A DNA stretch of 64,000 bases from a virus (Duplodnaviria; Caudoviricetes). Position 1 is the first letter of the stretch, and each line of letters starts with the position of its first letter. Positions 41,932-49,374 of this stretch are shown in pieces. The notes beneath the pieces were generated by a model. It saw nothing but the letters and a program-made list of their open reading frames with translations. It was not told the origin of the DNA and did no database searches. The position numbers and the translations under genes are program-made. The stretch is from IMG/VR virus record IMGVR_UViG_3300035505_000178. One strand, 5' to 3'.

Positions 41932-41995
41932 GTTCCAATAGTTTAGATATTAGAACGCAACAGTTGAAACTCAGGAGAATAACCTGATTGGAACA
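41932..41995 (+). ncRNA. tRNA-like RNA lacking an anticodon loop
   Basis: GTTCCAA/TTGGAAC acceptor, D arm, CAAC-A-GTTG stump, TCAGG-AGAATAA-CCTGA T arm. Confidence 0.6.
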
Positions 41996-41999
41996 AAAT

Positions 42000-42072
42000 T
42001 GGGATATGGTGTAATGGTTAGTCACTACAGTTTTTGGAGCTGTCAGTACAAGTTCGACTCTTGTTATCCCAA
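42000..42072 (+). tRNA. tRNA-Gln(UUG)
   Basis: Cloverleaf; loop TT-TTG-GA. Confidence 0.9.
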
Positions 42073-42081
42073 CAATTAAAT

Positions 42082-42166
42082 GCTCGAATGGTGTAATTGG
42101 TAGCCACGTCAGATTTAAGCTCTGATGGTCATTGCGACTGTGTGGGTTCGAGTCCCACTTCGAGTA
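42082..42166 (+). tRNA. tRNA-Leu(UAA)
   Basis: Cloverleaf with long variable arm; loop TT-TAA-GC. Confidence 0.92.
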
Positions 42167-42418
42167 CAAAGTGATTTATTAACACAGTAAGACTATAAAG
42201 GAATTATTTCTGAGGACGTAATATATTTTGTAGCAATGTAAATAAATCCGCTCGTGATTTAGAAGTAGGTACGTAACTATCTAAATTAAACTCAAGAGTC
42301 ATTTGAGGTAGAGTTTTTAGGGAGGGGTTATGACGTGCAGCCAAAACATAATTACAGGATGCATACTGTATATTATCATTTAATCGTTTTACTGATTGTC
42401 TGGTTTGGATTAAAGTTT

Positions 42419-42491
42419 CCCGTATTCGTATATGGAGTACGCTCCGACTCTAAATCGGTGAGGTCTGCAGTTCGATACTGCTTATACGGGC
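42419..42491 (+). tRNA. atypical amber suppressor tRNA (anticodon CUA at 42450-42452)
   Basis: CCCGTAT/ATACGGG acceptor, CCGA-CTCTAAA-TCGG anticodon arm, GCAG-TTCGATA-CTGC T arm. Confidence 0.8.
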
Positions 42492-42494
42492 TAT

Positions 42495-42567
42495 GCTCCC
42501 ATCGACAAGTTGGTTAAGTCGTCAGATTTTCATTCTGGAGTCAGGGGTTCGAATCCCCTTGGGAGTA
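42495..42567 (+). tRNA. tRNA-Glu(UUC)
   Basis: Cloverleaf; loop TT-TTC-AT. Confidence 0.92.
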
Positions 42568-42605
42568 CAATATCGGTAGATTAATTTTTTTAATTTTTAA
42601 ATTTT

Positions 42606-42779
42606 ATGTTTATGCGTAAAGTAATTCTTTTCTCTGCCTTTATTTTGGGCATGATGTGTTCTTGTGGCAATAAGCCAGCAAATGTTTCTACTTCTGCAGA
42701 TTCAACAGCAGTTGATTCAATTGAAGTTGTAGATACTTTGTCAGTAGATACATTAACTCTTGATACTTTGTCAGAGTAA
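42606..42779 (+). CDS. 57-aa lipoprotein with D(S/T)x repeats
   Basis: MFMRKVILFSAFILGMMCSC-GNKPANVSTSADSTAVDSIEVVDTLSVDTLTLDTLSE. Confidence 0.7.
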   Translation: MFMRKVILFSAFILGMMCSCGNKPANVSTSADSTAVDSIEVVDTLSVDTLTLDTLSE

Positions 42780-42821
42780 TTAATTAGATTAAAGTGTTAT
42801 AGCTCACTTTAAAAGCTATAT

Positions 42822-42896
42822 TGGAGGTATAGCTCAACAGGTTAGAGCAATTGACTGTTAATCAATAGGTTATAGGTTCGAGTCCTATTATTCCAG
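42822..42896 (+). tRNA. tRNA-Asn(GUU), bulged acceptor stem
   Basis: ATTGA-CTGTTAA-TCAAT; canonical D and T arms. Confidence 0.85.
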
Positions 42897-43020
42897 CTAA
42901 AGAGATAATTAAGTTTAAAGGACACATTCTTAATTATCATGCACTTCTTTTAGAATATAAACAATAAATAATTAGTGCGTTATTTGTAGTTTATTTAAAA
43001 AATGTAGGTCCGTTTTTGTT

Positions 43021-43097
43021 TGATACTTAGTCCAACCGGCAGGACGCTCATCAAAGTACTGAAATGAGAGGTAGTGGTTCGAATCTGCTAGTATCAA
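43021..43097 (+). ncRNA. tRNA-like RNA with 12-nt anticodon loop
   Basis: TGATACT/AGTATCA, GTCC/GGAC D stem, CTCAT-CAAAGTACTGAA-ATGAG, GGTTCGAATC T loop. Confidence 0.7.
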
Positions 43098-43135
43098 CAA
43101 TTAACCATATGTGATTTAATTTTAAAAATTGCTTT

Positions 43136-43163
43136 AATAGACGGTCTGTGAAGATAGTCTATT
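43136..43163 (+). repeat. conserved GNRA hairpin (copy 1 of 4; others 43562-43589, 44271-44294, 44432-44456)
   Basis: stem-GGTYY-GYGA-RRATAG-stem. Confidence 0.65.
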
Positions 43164-43166
43164 TTA

Positions 43167-43291
43167 AATGATGTATATGGTCAACATCAACGCAGTTCTA
43201 TTTCGCGAGAGAATGTGCAGAGAGTAAGGTGCAAGACAGTAATGGAGAGGGCAGAAGTTCTTGAAAGTACACGATGGAAGTATATATCATT
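43167..43291 (+). ncRNA. candidate structured RNA
   Basis: AATGATGTATA…TATATATCATT end pairing; ORF-free, between tRNAs. Confidence 0.45.
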
Positions 43292-43295
43292 AAAA

Positions 43296-43369
43296 GGATC
43301 CGTAGCTCAGTTGGTTAGAGCAATAGACTCATAATCTGGAGGTCATAGGTTCAAGCCCTATCGGATCCA
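43296..43369 (+). tRNA. tRNA-Met/Ile2 (CAU), elongator type
   Basis: Cloverleaf; loop CT-CAT-AA; no initiator GGG/CCC anticodon stem. Confidence 0.88.
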
Positions 43370-43370
43370 C

Positions 43371-43463
43371 AAACCAGAGAAATCCAGGTTAAAATCCTGT
43401 TTGGAAATAGACTACACATCATTGTTTGCCTATTTAGCATATAGTAGAATAATGCGCTGGTTT
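43371..43463 (+). ncRNA. circularly permuted tRNA-like element
   Basis: AAACCAG…CTGGTTT closing stem; T-like arm precedes closed acceptor-like stem and D-like arm. Confidence 0.5.
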
Positions 43464-43466
43464 TAT

Positions 43467-43541
43467 AGACCGTTAGTTCAGTTGGTTAAGAATGTTTGTC
43501 TTACACACAAAAGGTCGTAGGTTCGAGTCCTACACGGTCTA
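43467..43541 (+). tRNA. tRNA-Val(UAC)
   Basis: Cloverleaf; loop CT-TAC-AC. Confidence 0.92.
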
Positions 43542-43593
43542 CTAAAGGTTAAACATGTGTGAACTTCTGGTTCGTGAGAATAGGAAGTTTTAT

Positions 43594-43664
43594 CTCCGAT
43601 TGACCGAGTGGTTAGGTGAAGATCTGCAAAATCTTAAACATTGGTTCGAATCCAATATTGGAGT
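43594..43664 (+). tRNA. tRNA-Cys(GCA)
   Basis: Cloverleaf; loop CT-GCA-AA; U73. Confidence 0.9.
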
Positions 43665-43666
43665 CT

Positions 43667-44107
43667 ATGATAAAACACAAAAGTAAAGACGCAAAAGAAG
43701 ACCTAGAAACATTTCGTAAATTCTCTTCTGAACATTTAAAAAGTAGAAGAGAATATTATGGACATCTTTGGGAAGATGCTCCAGAAGAGTTCAAGTCTGA
43801 TATAATAAATCAGATTAATAAGGAAATGGAATGGATGTTTGATTTACATCCATATTATGTAGGTAAGAGATGGTTACAATGTAATGCTAGTAGATACCCT
43901 CGTTACTGTAGAGTTAGTAACATTGAATGGGAATTTCCAGATATTACTAATAGTGATAAATTATATCCTGTTGTAAAAAGTATGAAGATTGATGACCACG
44001 ACGTAAATGGAAAAATTACCTACAGTATGACCTATGAATATCCAGAAGAAGATTGGTTCTTAGATGGATGGGTCAATCGTAAGTCAAATGATATAGATGA
44101 TGATTAA
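43667..44107 (+). CDS. hypothetical protein within tRNA cluster
   Basis: ATG 43667 right after tRNA-Cys (the track start overlaps the tRNA). Confidence 0.65.
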   Translation: MIKHKSKDAKEDLETFRKFSSEHLKSRREYYGHLWEDAPEEFKSDIINQINKEMEWMFDLHPYYVGKRWLQCNASRYPRYCRVSNIEWEFPDITNSDKLYPVVKSMKIDDHDVNGKITYSMTYEYPEEDWFLDGWVNRKSNDIDDD

Positions 44108-44158
44108 TTTTATAGTTTAAGTTAGTGTATAAATAATTTGTTTGTGAAAATAGATTAA

Positions 44159-44242
44159 TGGAGTGCTGCAGAGTTGGCGAACTGCGATAGACTGTAAATC
44201 TATTGACTTTGGTCTGAGGGGGTTCGAGTCCCTCCACTCCAA
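44159..44242 (+). tRNA. tRNA-Tyr(GUA)
   Basis: Cloverleaf, long variable arm; loop CT-GTA-AA. Confidence 0.9.
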
Positions 44243-44295
44243 CGTATTGTGTTTTAGATAATCTGATCAATGACTGGTCTGCGAAGATAGGTCAT

Positions 44296-44362
44296 AGCAA
44301 TGTAGTGTAAGGAGCACGCTCAAAAGCTATGAGAAGTTTAGGTTCGATACCTGACATTGCAA
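44296..44362 (+). ncRNA. tRNA-like RNA with aberrant anticodon arm (CTCA-AAAGCTA-TGAG)
   Basis: GCAATG/CATTGC acceptor, GTGT/GCAC D stem, GGTTCGATAC T loop; no U33. Confidence 0.6.
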
Positions 44363-44464
44363 CTCGTGTTTTCATGGTACGCTTATTAATTTAAGCATAT
44401 TAATTTTTTGATTGTTATTAATTTATTTAGGTAATTGGTTCGTGAGAATAGATTATTTAAAAAC

Positions 44465-44554
44465 TGGGATGCTTGGTACAGAGTTGGAGAACTGTAACAG
44501 ACGATGAATCTGTTGGCATTTTTGCCTGAGTAGGTTCGAATCCTACCATCCCAA
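44465..44554 (+). tRNA. atypical Tyr-bodied tRNA with loop CG-ATG-AA
   Basis: Paralogue of 44159 tRNA; 4-nt insertion before D arm; G33. Confidence 0.65.
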
Positions 44555-44664
44555 CTAATTATGGTGATCGTACAATATCAAATTGGAATTGGTTTTGATT
44601 TTCAACCAATAGTTGTAAATCATTATATTGAAGAGATTAAATTATTTAATAAGATAAGATTAAA

Positions 44665-45528
44665 ATGAAAGATTTTTTTAGTAAGTCTGGTATTACCAGC
44701 ACAGATGCAAATTTTTATGCGAATCTTGCACAAGAAAAGATTCAGAATAAGTTGAAGCAAATAGAATCAATGTCTTTTGTGAATACTTACGTTCAAGTCG
44801 TTGGAACAAACGGAAAACTTTTGATGTCTAAAGGAGTACATAAGTATAATATAGATGAAGTAATTAAAAATATTACAGAAGCTAATTCATTATGTGCTTG
44901 GTTAAGAGAAGCTATCAAGTATAAGGATCAGCTTTTAAAAGAAGCAGAACAAGAACTTAATAAAACTTATGAAGTTCCTTGTCCAGAACCTCCTGTACGT
45001 CCTACTCCTCTTACAGAAGATGACATCATCGCTCAGATGGATTCTAATGAGTATTATAAATACTTAGCATTGGAATCTGCAGCAGCTACTTATGGAAAAA
45101 TTATCCATCCTAAGAGACCGTTTAGCATTGCTAGACAGGATCTTTTGGATAAAGTTAATAACCCAATTTCTAAAGAAGGAACTGGAACAGATACAACTTT
45201 GTATTATTACGAAGAAACTGTTAATCCTGATGAAATTGAGGACTATTTTGAGAAATTGCAGAATGATTATAGAGCTTTTGAGAAAGAGCTTAATAACATG
45301 AAAGCAATAATTAAGGATCGTCTGGCTAAAGCTAATATAGACCTCGAAGAGGAATATAAGAAAGCTTATGCTAAATATCACCAAGAATATGTCGATTGGA
45401 CCAAAGCTGGTTCAGACTTCTATTGTAATCAGAAAGAGAAAGTTATTAATGAGAAAGATAGAATATCTAAGCTCAAAATTAAAATTCCTACTGATTTACA
45501 AGACATATTCAATAAAATCTCTAAATAA
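44665..45528 (+). CDS. coiled-coil-rich hypothetical protein
   Basis: ORF track; AWLREAIK, LESAAATYGKIIHP. Confidence 0.8.
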   Translation: MKDFFSKSGITSTDANFYANLAQEKIQNKLKQIESMSFVNTYVQVVGTNGKLLMSKGVHKYNIDEVIKNITEANSLCAWLREAIKYKDQLLKEAEQELNKTYEVPCPEPPVRPTPLTEDDIIAQMDSNEYYKYLALESAAATYGKIIHPKRPFSIARQDLLDKVNNPISKEGTGTDTTLYYYEETVNPDEIEDYFEKLQNDYRAFEKELNNMKAIIKDRLAKANIDLEEEYKKAYAKYHQEYVDWTKAGSDFYCNQKEKVINEKDRISKLKIKIPTDLQDIFNKISK

Positions 45529-45535
45529 TTAGAGT

Positions 45536-45704
45536 TATTATAGAGAGAACGAGAAATCATAATGGACATTATATAAGTTTTAAATTTAACTTCTTCTTGG
45601 CAGGGATTACACAATTTTACAAATTGTCTTTGTCTTCGTTTGTAATTCCTGGTCTTTGTCTTAGTTTTTAACTTAGTCTACGCTTCTCGTTTCTCTCTAT
45701 AATA
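45536..45704 (+). ncRNA. long rod-like hairpin RNA candidate
   Basis: TATTATAGAGAGAACGAGAA…TTCTCGTTTCTCTCTATAATA plus inner CAGGGATTACA/TGTAATTCCTG. Confidence 0.6.
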
Positions 45705-45804
45705 TTTTGTGTATCAGTTGCAAGTTATCTTTAAACTTGATGACTGTTGTCTCTAACTTCTCAACAAGATGAATTGGAGGGGTGCTTATCCTTAAAGCAA
45801 ACCT

Positions 45805-45852
45805 AAAAGTGGATACGTATTCAGATACACAAATACGTAATCCACTTTTTTT
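45805..45852 (+). terminator. intrinsic terminator with possible antiterminator
   Basis: AAAAGTGGATACGTATT…AATACGTAATCCACTTTTTTT. Confidence 0.7.
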
Positions 45853-45871
45853 ATTCTAATAACATTACTTT

Positions 45872-46204
45872 ATGCTAGAAAGAGTTAACAAAAAAGTACA
45901 AGTAGATTATGAATCCAAAATTAAAGAGATTCTAGACGGATTTGACTTTGAAACTACTAGTTGTGTAATGAATGAATGTCTACTTCCAGTATGGGATGAT
46001 GATTGTGAAAGAATTATTGATCGTACTTCTTGGACGATTGGTGATAATACGGCAACTCCTTCTTTACTAAAAAGAATGGCTTCTGATTTGTTACATAGAG
46101 TCGTAGATGAAAGATTAAGTTCGATTGCATCTGGTCCATTCAAAGTGACTAGAGTTGGAGATTACCTATCATTGGCTTTTGTTTATTGTGACTATGATGC
46201 TTGA
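45872..46204 (+). CDS. hypothetical protein
   Basis: ORF track. Confidence 0.7.
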   Translation: MLERVNKKVQVDYESKIKEILDGFDFETTSCVMNECLLPVWDDDCERIIDRTSWTIGDNTATPSLLKRMASDLLHRVVDERLSSIASGPFKVTRVGDYLSLAFVYCDYDA

Positions 46205-46607
46205 AATATATACCGATGGGGCATATAGTTCAGCACGAGAAGCAGGAGGAATAGGAATTGTATTTGTAAAAGATGGAAAGAAATGTTTAGAATATAATAA
46301 ACGATTTAAAAATACAACTAATAATAAATGTGAATTGTTAGCTGTAATATATTCTTTATCATTGATTAAACAACTTTATAATTCAATTGTTATTTATTCT
46401 GATTCCCAGTATGTTATCGGTTGTGCAACTAAAGGTTGGCAACGTAAAAAGAACGTATCATTATGGAACAAATATGATTCTGAATTTAAAAGAGTTTCAG
46501 AATTAGGAAACAAAATCGAATTTGTTTGGGTTAAAGGACATAAAGATAATTTGTTTAATAACATCGCCGATGAATTGGCAGTACAAGCATCACAATGGAT
46601 AGACTAA
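46194..46607 (+). CDS. rnhA: ribonuclease HI
   Basis: IYTDGA, TTNNKCEL.A, YSDSQYV, WVKGH, N..ADELA. Confidence 0.92.
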   Translation: MMLEIYTDGAYSSAREAGGIGIVFVKDGKKCLEYNKRFKNTTNNKCELLAVIYSLSLIKQLYNSIVIYSDSQYVIGCATKGWQRKKNVSLWNKYDSEFKRVSELGNKIEFVWVKGHKDNLFNNIADELAVQASQWID

Positions 46608-46843
46608 AATATGCATCTACTAATGAAGCTGGATATTCTTGGTATTTTGATTTAGTACTTACTAAATACGCTCAAGAAAAATTATCTAAAGAGTATTATG
46701 TATGTGTCTTAAAGAAAGATCCAGAGCCTGGCGAAACATTTTTAGTTAAAGATGCTAAAATAATTATGGAGCTTGACAGTGACATAGAAAAAGCGGCATG
46801 TAAAATTGACATCTACGTTTTTGCCAATGAAAAGCAAGAATAA
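46595..46843 (+). CDS. hypothetical protein
   Basis: ORF track. Confidence 0.65.
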   Translation: MDRLKYASTNEAGYSWYFDLVLTKYAQEKLSKEYYVCVLKKDPEPGETFLVKDAKIIMELDSDIEKAACKIDIYVFANEKQE

Positions 46844-47210
46844 AAGTTTGTGTAAAGTTGCATCCATTTTTCAACCATTTGATTATGGATATATCTTAGA
46901 ATATGAGTTAAAAGCATTAACTAAAATGGCAGAGTTTTTTAATTCTGACAAAACATATTCTGTAGATGCTAAGCTTTACGCAAAACAAATTGAATTAGCA
47001 ATCAAATTGCTGAGAATCGCTATTGGTAGAGATTCTAATTATAAAGATGGATTTTATTATGGTTATACAAATGATAGAAATTGTCGTAGATTTTTAAAGG
47101 TAAATCCACCTATTAATGATGGAATACTTTTAAATGGTCTAAGAGAACAAAAAGCTTGGTATTTGTATAATAAGATGAGAGCTTATAAAATGCAATTATG
47201 GTGGGATTAA
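46806..47210 (+). CDS. hypothetical protein
   Basis: ORF track; C-terminal WWD. Confidence 0.65.
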   Translation: MTSTFLPMKSKNKSLCKVASIFQPFDYGYILEYELKALTKMAEFFNSDKTYSVDAKLYAKQIELAIKLLRIAIGRDSNYKDGFYYGYTNDRNCRRFLKVNPPINDGILLNGLREQKAWYLYNKMRAYKMQLWWD

Positions 47211-47322
47211 TTATGAAGTACAAGAACAAAAAGAAAAAATTGGCAGACAGACAAGCATGGTGGGATAAACAATCAGAGTTATATAAGAAAGCAACAACTA
47301 GACCAGGTTCAATTAAAGTAAA

Positions 47323-47700
47323 ATGATAGAAAATCTAGATGCAGCTATAAAACTTGTAAAAGATTACAGAGCTGTAAAAAAAGAAGACATTGAAAATGTA
47401 CTTGGTGAAGATGAATGGGATGATCCAGAAGAAATTCTAAGAGATGTTACAGGATTTGGACATAAATATAGTTGTCCGTTATGTCGAGGATGTAATGGAA
47501 AATGTACTTTATGTATTCATTCTTTAGATACAGAGTATTTTAAACTTCCTAAAAAAGATCGTGAATATCCAGCTCCTTGTATATTTCATCCTACTTACGA
47601 TGCAATTTGCAACGCAGAATCAGTACAACAATTATTAGATGCACTTTCAGCTAGAGCAGATTACCTTGAAACTTTAATTGACAAATATGACAACGATTGA
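47323..47700 (+). CDS. Cys-rich hypothetical protein
   Basis: CPLC..C..C..C. Confidence 0.7.
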   Translation: MIENLDAAIKLVKDYRAVKKEDIENVLGEDEWDDPEEILRDVTGFGHKYSCPLCRGCNGKCTLCIHSLDTEYFKLPKKDREYPAPCIFHPTYDAICNAESVQQLLDALSARADYLETLIDKYDND

Positions 47701-47965
47701 AGGTAGTTTTTATAAACTTACTCCTGTTAATGAAGCTTCGAATCGTTTTGATTTGGAATTACTTTATGACGTAGGAGGAAAAAATCCACGACAAGAATTT
47801 AAAATTGAAGGATATGGTTATCCTCTAGAAGTAGCAATGGAAAGAATTATTCATTATGCTATAAGAAAAAAACATCCTGATACAATTACCTTAAAAGAAT
47901 ATTTAAATGAATTTATTAGAGAGAAAGAAGCACTCGGAATTACGAATCTTAGTAAGGAGATTTAA
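47678..47965 (+). CDS. hypothetical protein
   Basis: ORF track. Confidence 0.7.
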   Translation: MTNMTTIEGSFYKLTPVNEASNRFDLELLYDVGGKNPRQEFKIEGYGYPLEVAMERIIHYAIRKKHPDTITLKEYLNEFIREKEALGITNLSKEI

Positions 47966-48350
47966 TAAATTGTGTGAACTTCTTGATGATGAATATAAGA
48001 TAAATAGAGGAGGATGTTGTATAGTAGCATACTATATAGCTAAATTGTTAAAGATGTTTGGGTATTCTTATACCGTTGTAATTTATGGAGATGATGATCT
48101 ACCTTTAAGGTTTGAAGATATTGACTTAAGCCAATACCATTATTGTATTAAAACAGAAGGTTTATATATAAATTCAGGAAATATTGGAGTTGATATAGCA
48201 GGTGAGTATGAGAATGTTCCTCTTACTTCTCTGAAACGTCATTATTACACTATGGATTGGAATGAAACATATGAACCTAAAAATAACACGAAAGTCTATA
48301 ACAGATTGAAAAACATTATGTATGACTTTGTACGAGAAAGAAACCAATAA
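47907..48350 (+). CDS. hypothetical protein (INRGGC motif)
   Basis: ORF track. Confidence 0.65.
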   Translation: MNLLERKKHSELRILVRRFNKLCELLDDEYKINRGGCCIVAYYIAKLLKMFGYSYTVVIYGDDDLPLRFEDIDLSQYHYCIKTEGLYINSGNIGVDIAGEYENVPLTSLKRHYYTMDWNETYEPKNNTKVYNRLKNIMYDFVRERNQ

Positions 48351-48567
48351 AGTTAAAGTTAGCAATAAATTTATTTATTGTGTTTCAGTTTACAAAATTT
48401 GGAAAGAAGGAGCAAATCTAGTTGATGAATCTTATTATTCTAGTGATAAACCTCTTAAATTTAAAAATAATAAACTTAAGAAAAAAGATCATATTATGAT
48501 GAGATATATTGATTTAGAATATGCTCCAGAAGAATTTTTAATTAATAACGGATATAAAAAGTTATGA
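48322..48567 (+). CDS. hypothetical protein
   Basis: ORF track. Confidence 0.65.
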   Translation: MTLYEKETNKVKVSNKFIYCVSVYKIWKEGANLVDESYYSSDKPLKFKNNKLKKKDHIMMRYIDLEYAPEEFLINNGYKKL

Positions 48568-49106
48568 AGAAGGATATTGTAGAATATTGCGTAGGAATAT
48601 TTACGGACTTCAAAAATCAGCAACACGTAATTACTGCTTGTGCTGTTAGTAAAACACCTGAATCTTCTGACCTTATGGTTGGTTGGGTAAACGATGATAA
48701 CAGATTAGATGAAGATGAAGACATCTTTAACTCTGTTGTACGAACAGTATCAATTGGTTTCAGTATTTGTAGTCCTGGAGATGAGTATGATGAAGAGGTA
48801 GGAAAACAAATTGCTTTTAATAGAGCAAATAAAGCTATCCCTGTATTGTATTCTACTCAGAAAGGAATTATAAGTTCTGATTTAGTACAGACACTGATGG
48901 ACAAAGAGATTGAATATTTAAAATCTCATCCCGAGAAAATATTCCCAGGATATGCTAAATCCTACAAACGTTATGCAATGAAGGTTGCTGCCAAAGAGTT
49001 GTATGACGAGGCTACACAAGATGAACAGCAAATCATAACATTAGCTCTAAGTGGAGCTGATATTGAGAAATGCTTAAAGATTTTTAAGTGTATGAATGAA
49101 AACTAA
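48564..49106 (+). CDS. hypothetical protein with GFSIC.P.DEYD…G..IA motif
   Basis: Motif related to 39060. Confidence 0.7.
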   Translation: MKKDIVEYCVGIFTDFKNQQHVITACAVSKTPESSDLMVGWVNDDNRLDEDEDIFNSVVRTVSIGFSICSPGDEYDEEVGKQIAFNRANKAIPVLYSTQKGIISSDLVQTLMDKEIEYLKSHPEKIFPGYAKSYKRYAMKVAAKELYDEATQDEQQIITLALSGADIEKCLKIFKCMNEN

Positions 49107-49374
49107 AGTTTTAATCGGAATTTTGTTATGTCTGATTATATGTTTTATTGTTGATAAATGCGATAATAAAGAAACTAAAACTACTATTATTACAGTAACA
49201 AAAGATTCTTTAATTAGAGACAGTATTTATATAATAAATGATTCTATCACGACTAAAATAAAATATATTGAAAAAGAACATGCTGAAAAAATTCCTATTA
49301 TTATGTCTAATTCTGTCAGTGACGACAAAGAGTTTTTCTCAAGATACATTAACAGTTACAATAACAGAGAATGA
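49096..49374 (+). CDS. membrane-anchored protein (possible spanin-like component)
   Basis: N-terminal TM; overlaps next gene. Confidence 0.55.
   Translation: MKTKVLIGILLCLIICFIVDKCDNKETKTTIITVTKDSLIRDSIYIINDSITTKIKYIEKEHAEKIPIIMSNSVSDDKEFFSRYINSYNNRE

Noticed and set aside
41876-42517. Track ORFs 41876-42169 (-) and 42335-42517 (+)
   Set aside because: They overlap clear tRNA genes; the translations are typical tRNA shadows.
43167-43291. Minimal RNase P RNA or tmRNA
   Set aside because: No GAGGAAAGUCC/P4 signature, and no tmRNA acceptor ends or tag frame.
43616-43666. GTG start of the 43616-44107 ORF
   Set aside because: Lies inside tRNA-Cys; ATG 43667 is preferred.
44073-44270. Track ORF on minus strand
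   Set aside because: Antisense to tRNA-Tyr.
41932-44560. HDV-like theta ribozymes at tRNA 3' ends (known in recoded gut phages)
   Set aside because: I could not build the nested double pseudoknot after any tRNA by eye; a motif search is needed to exclude them.
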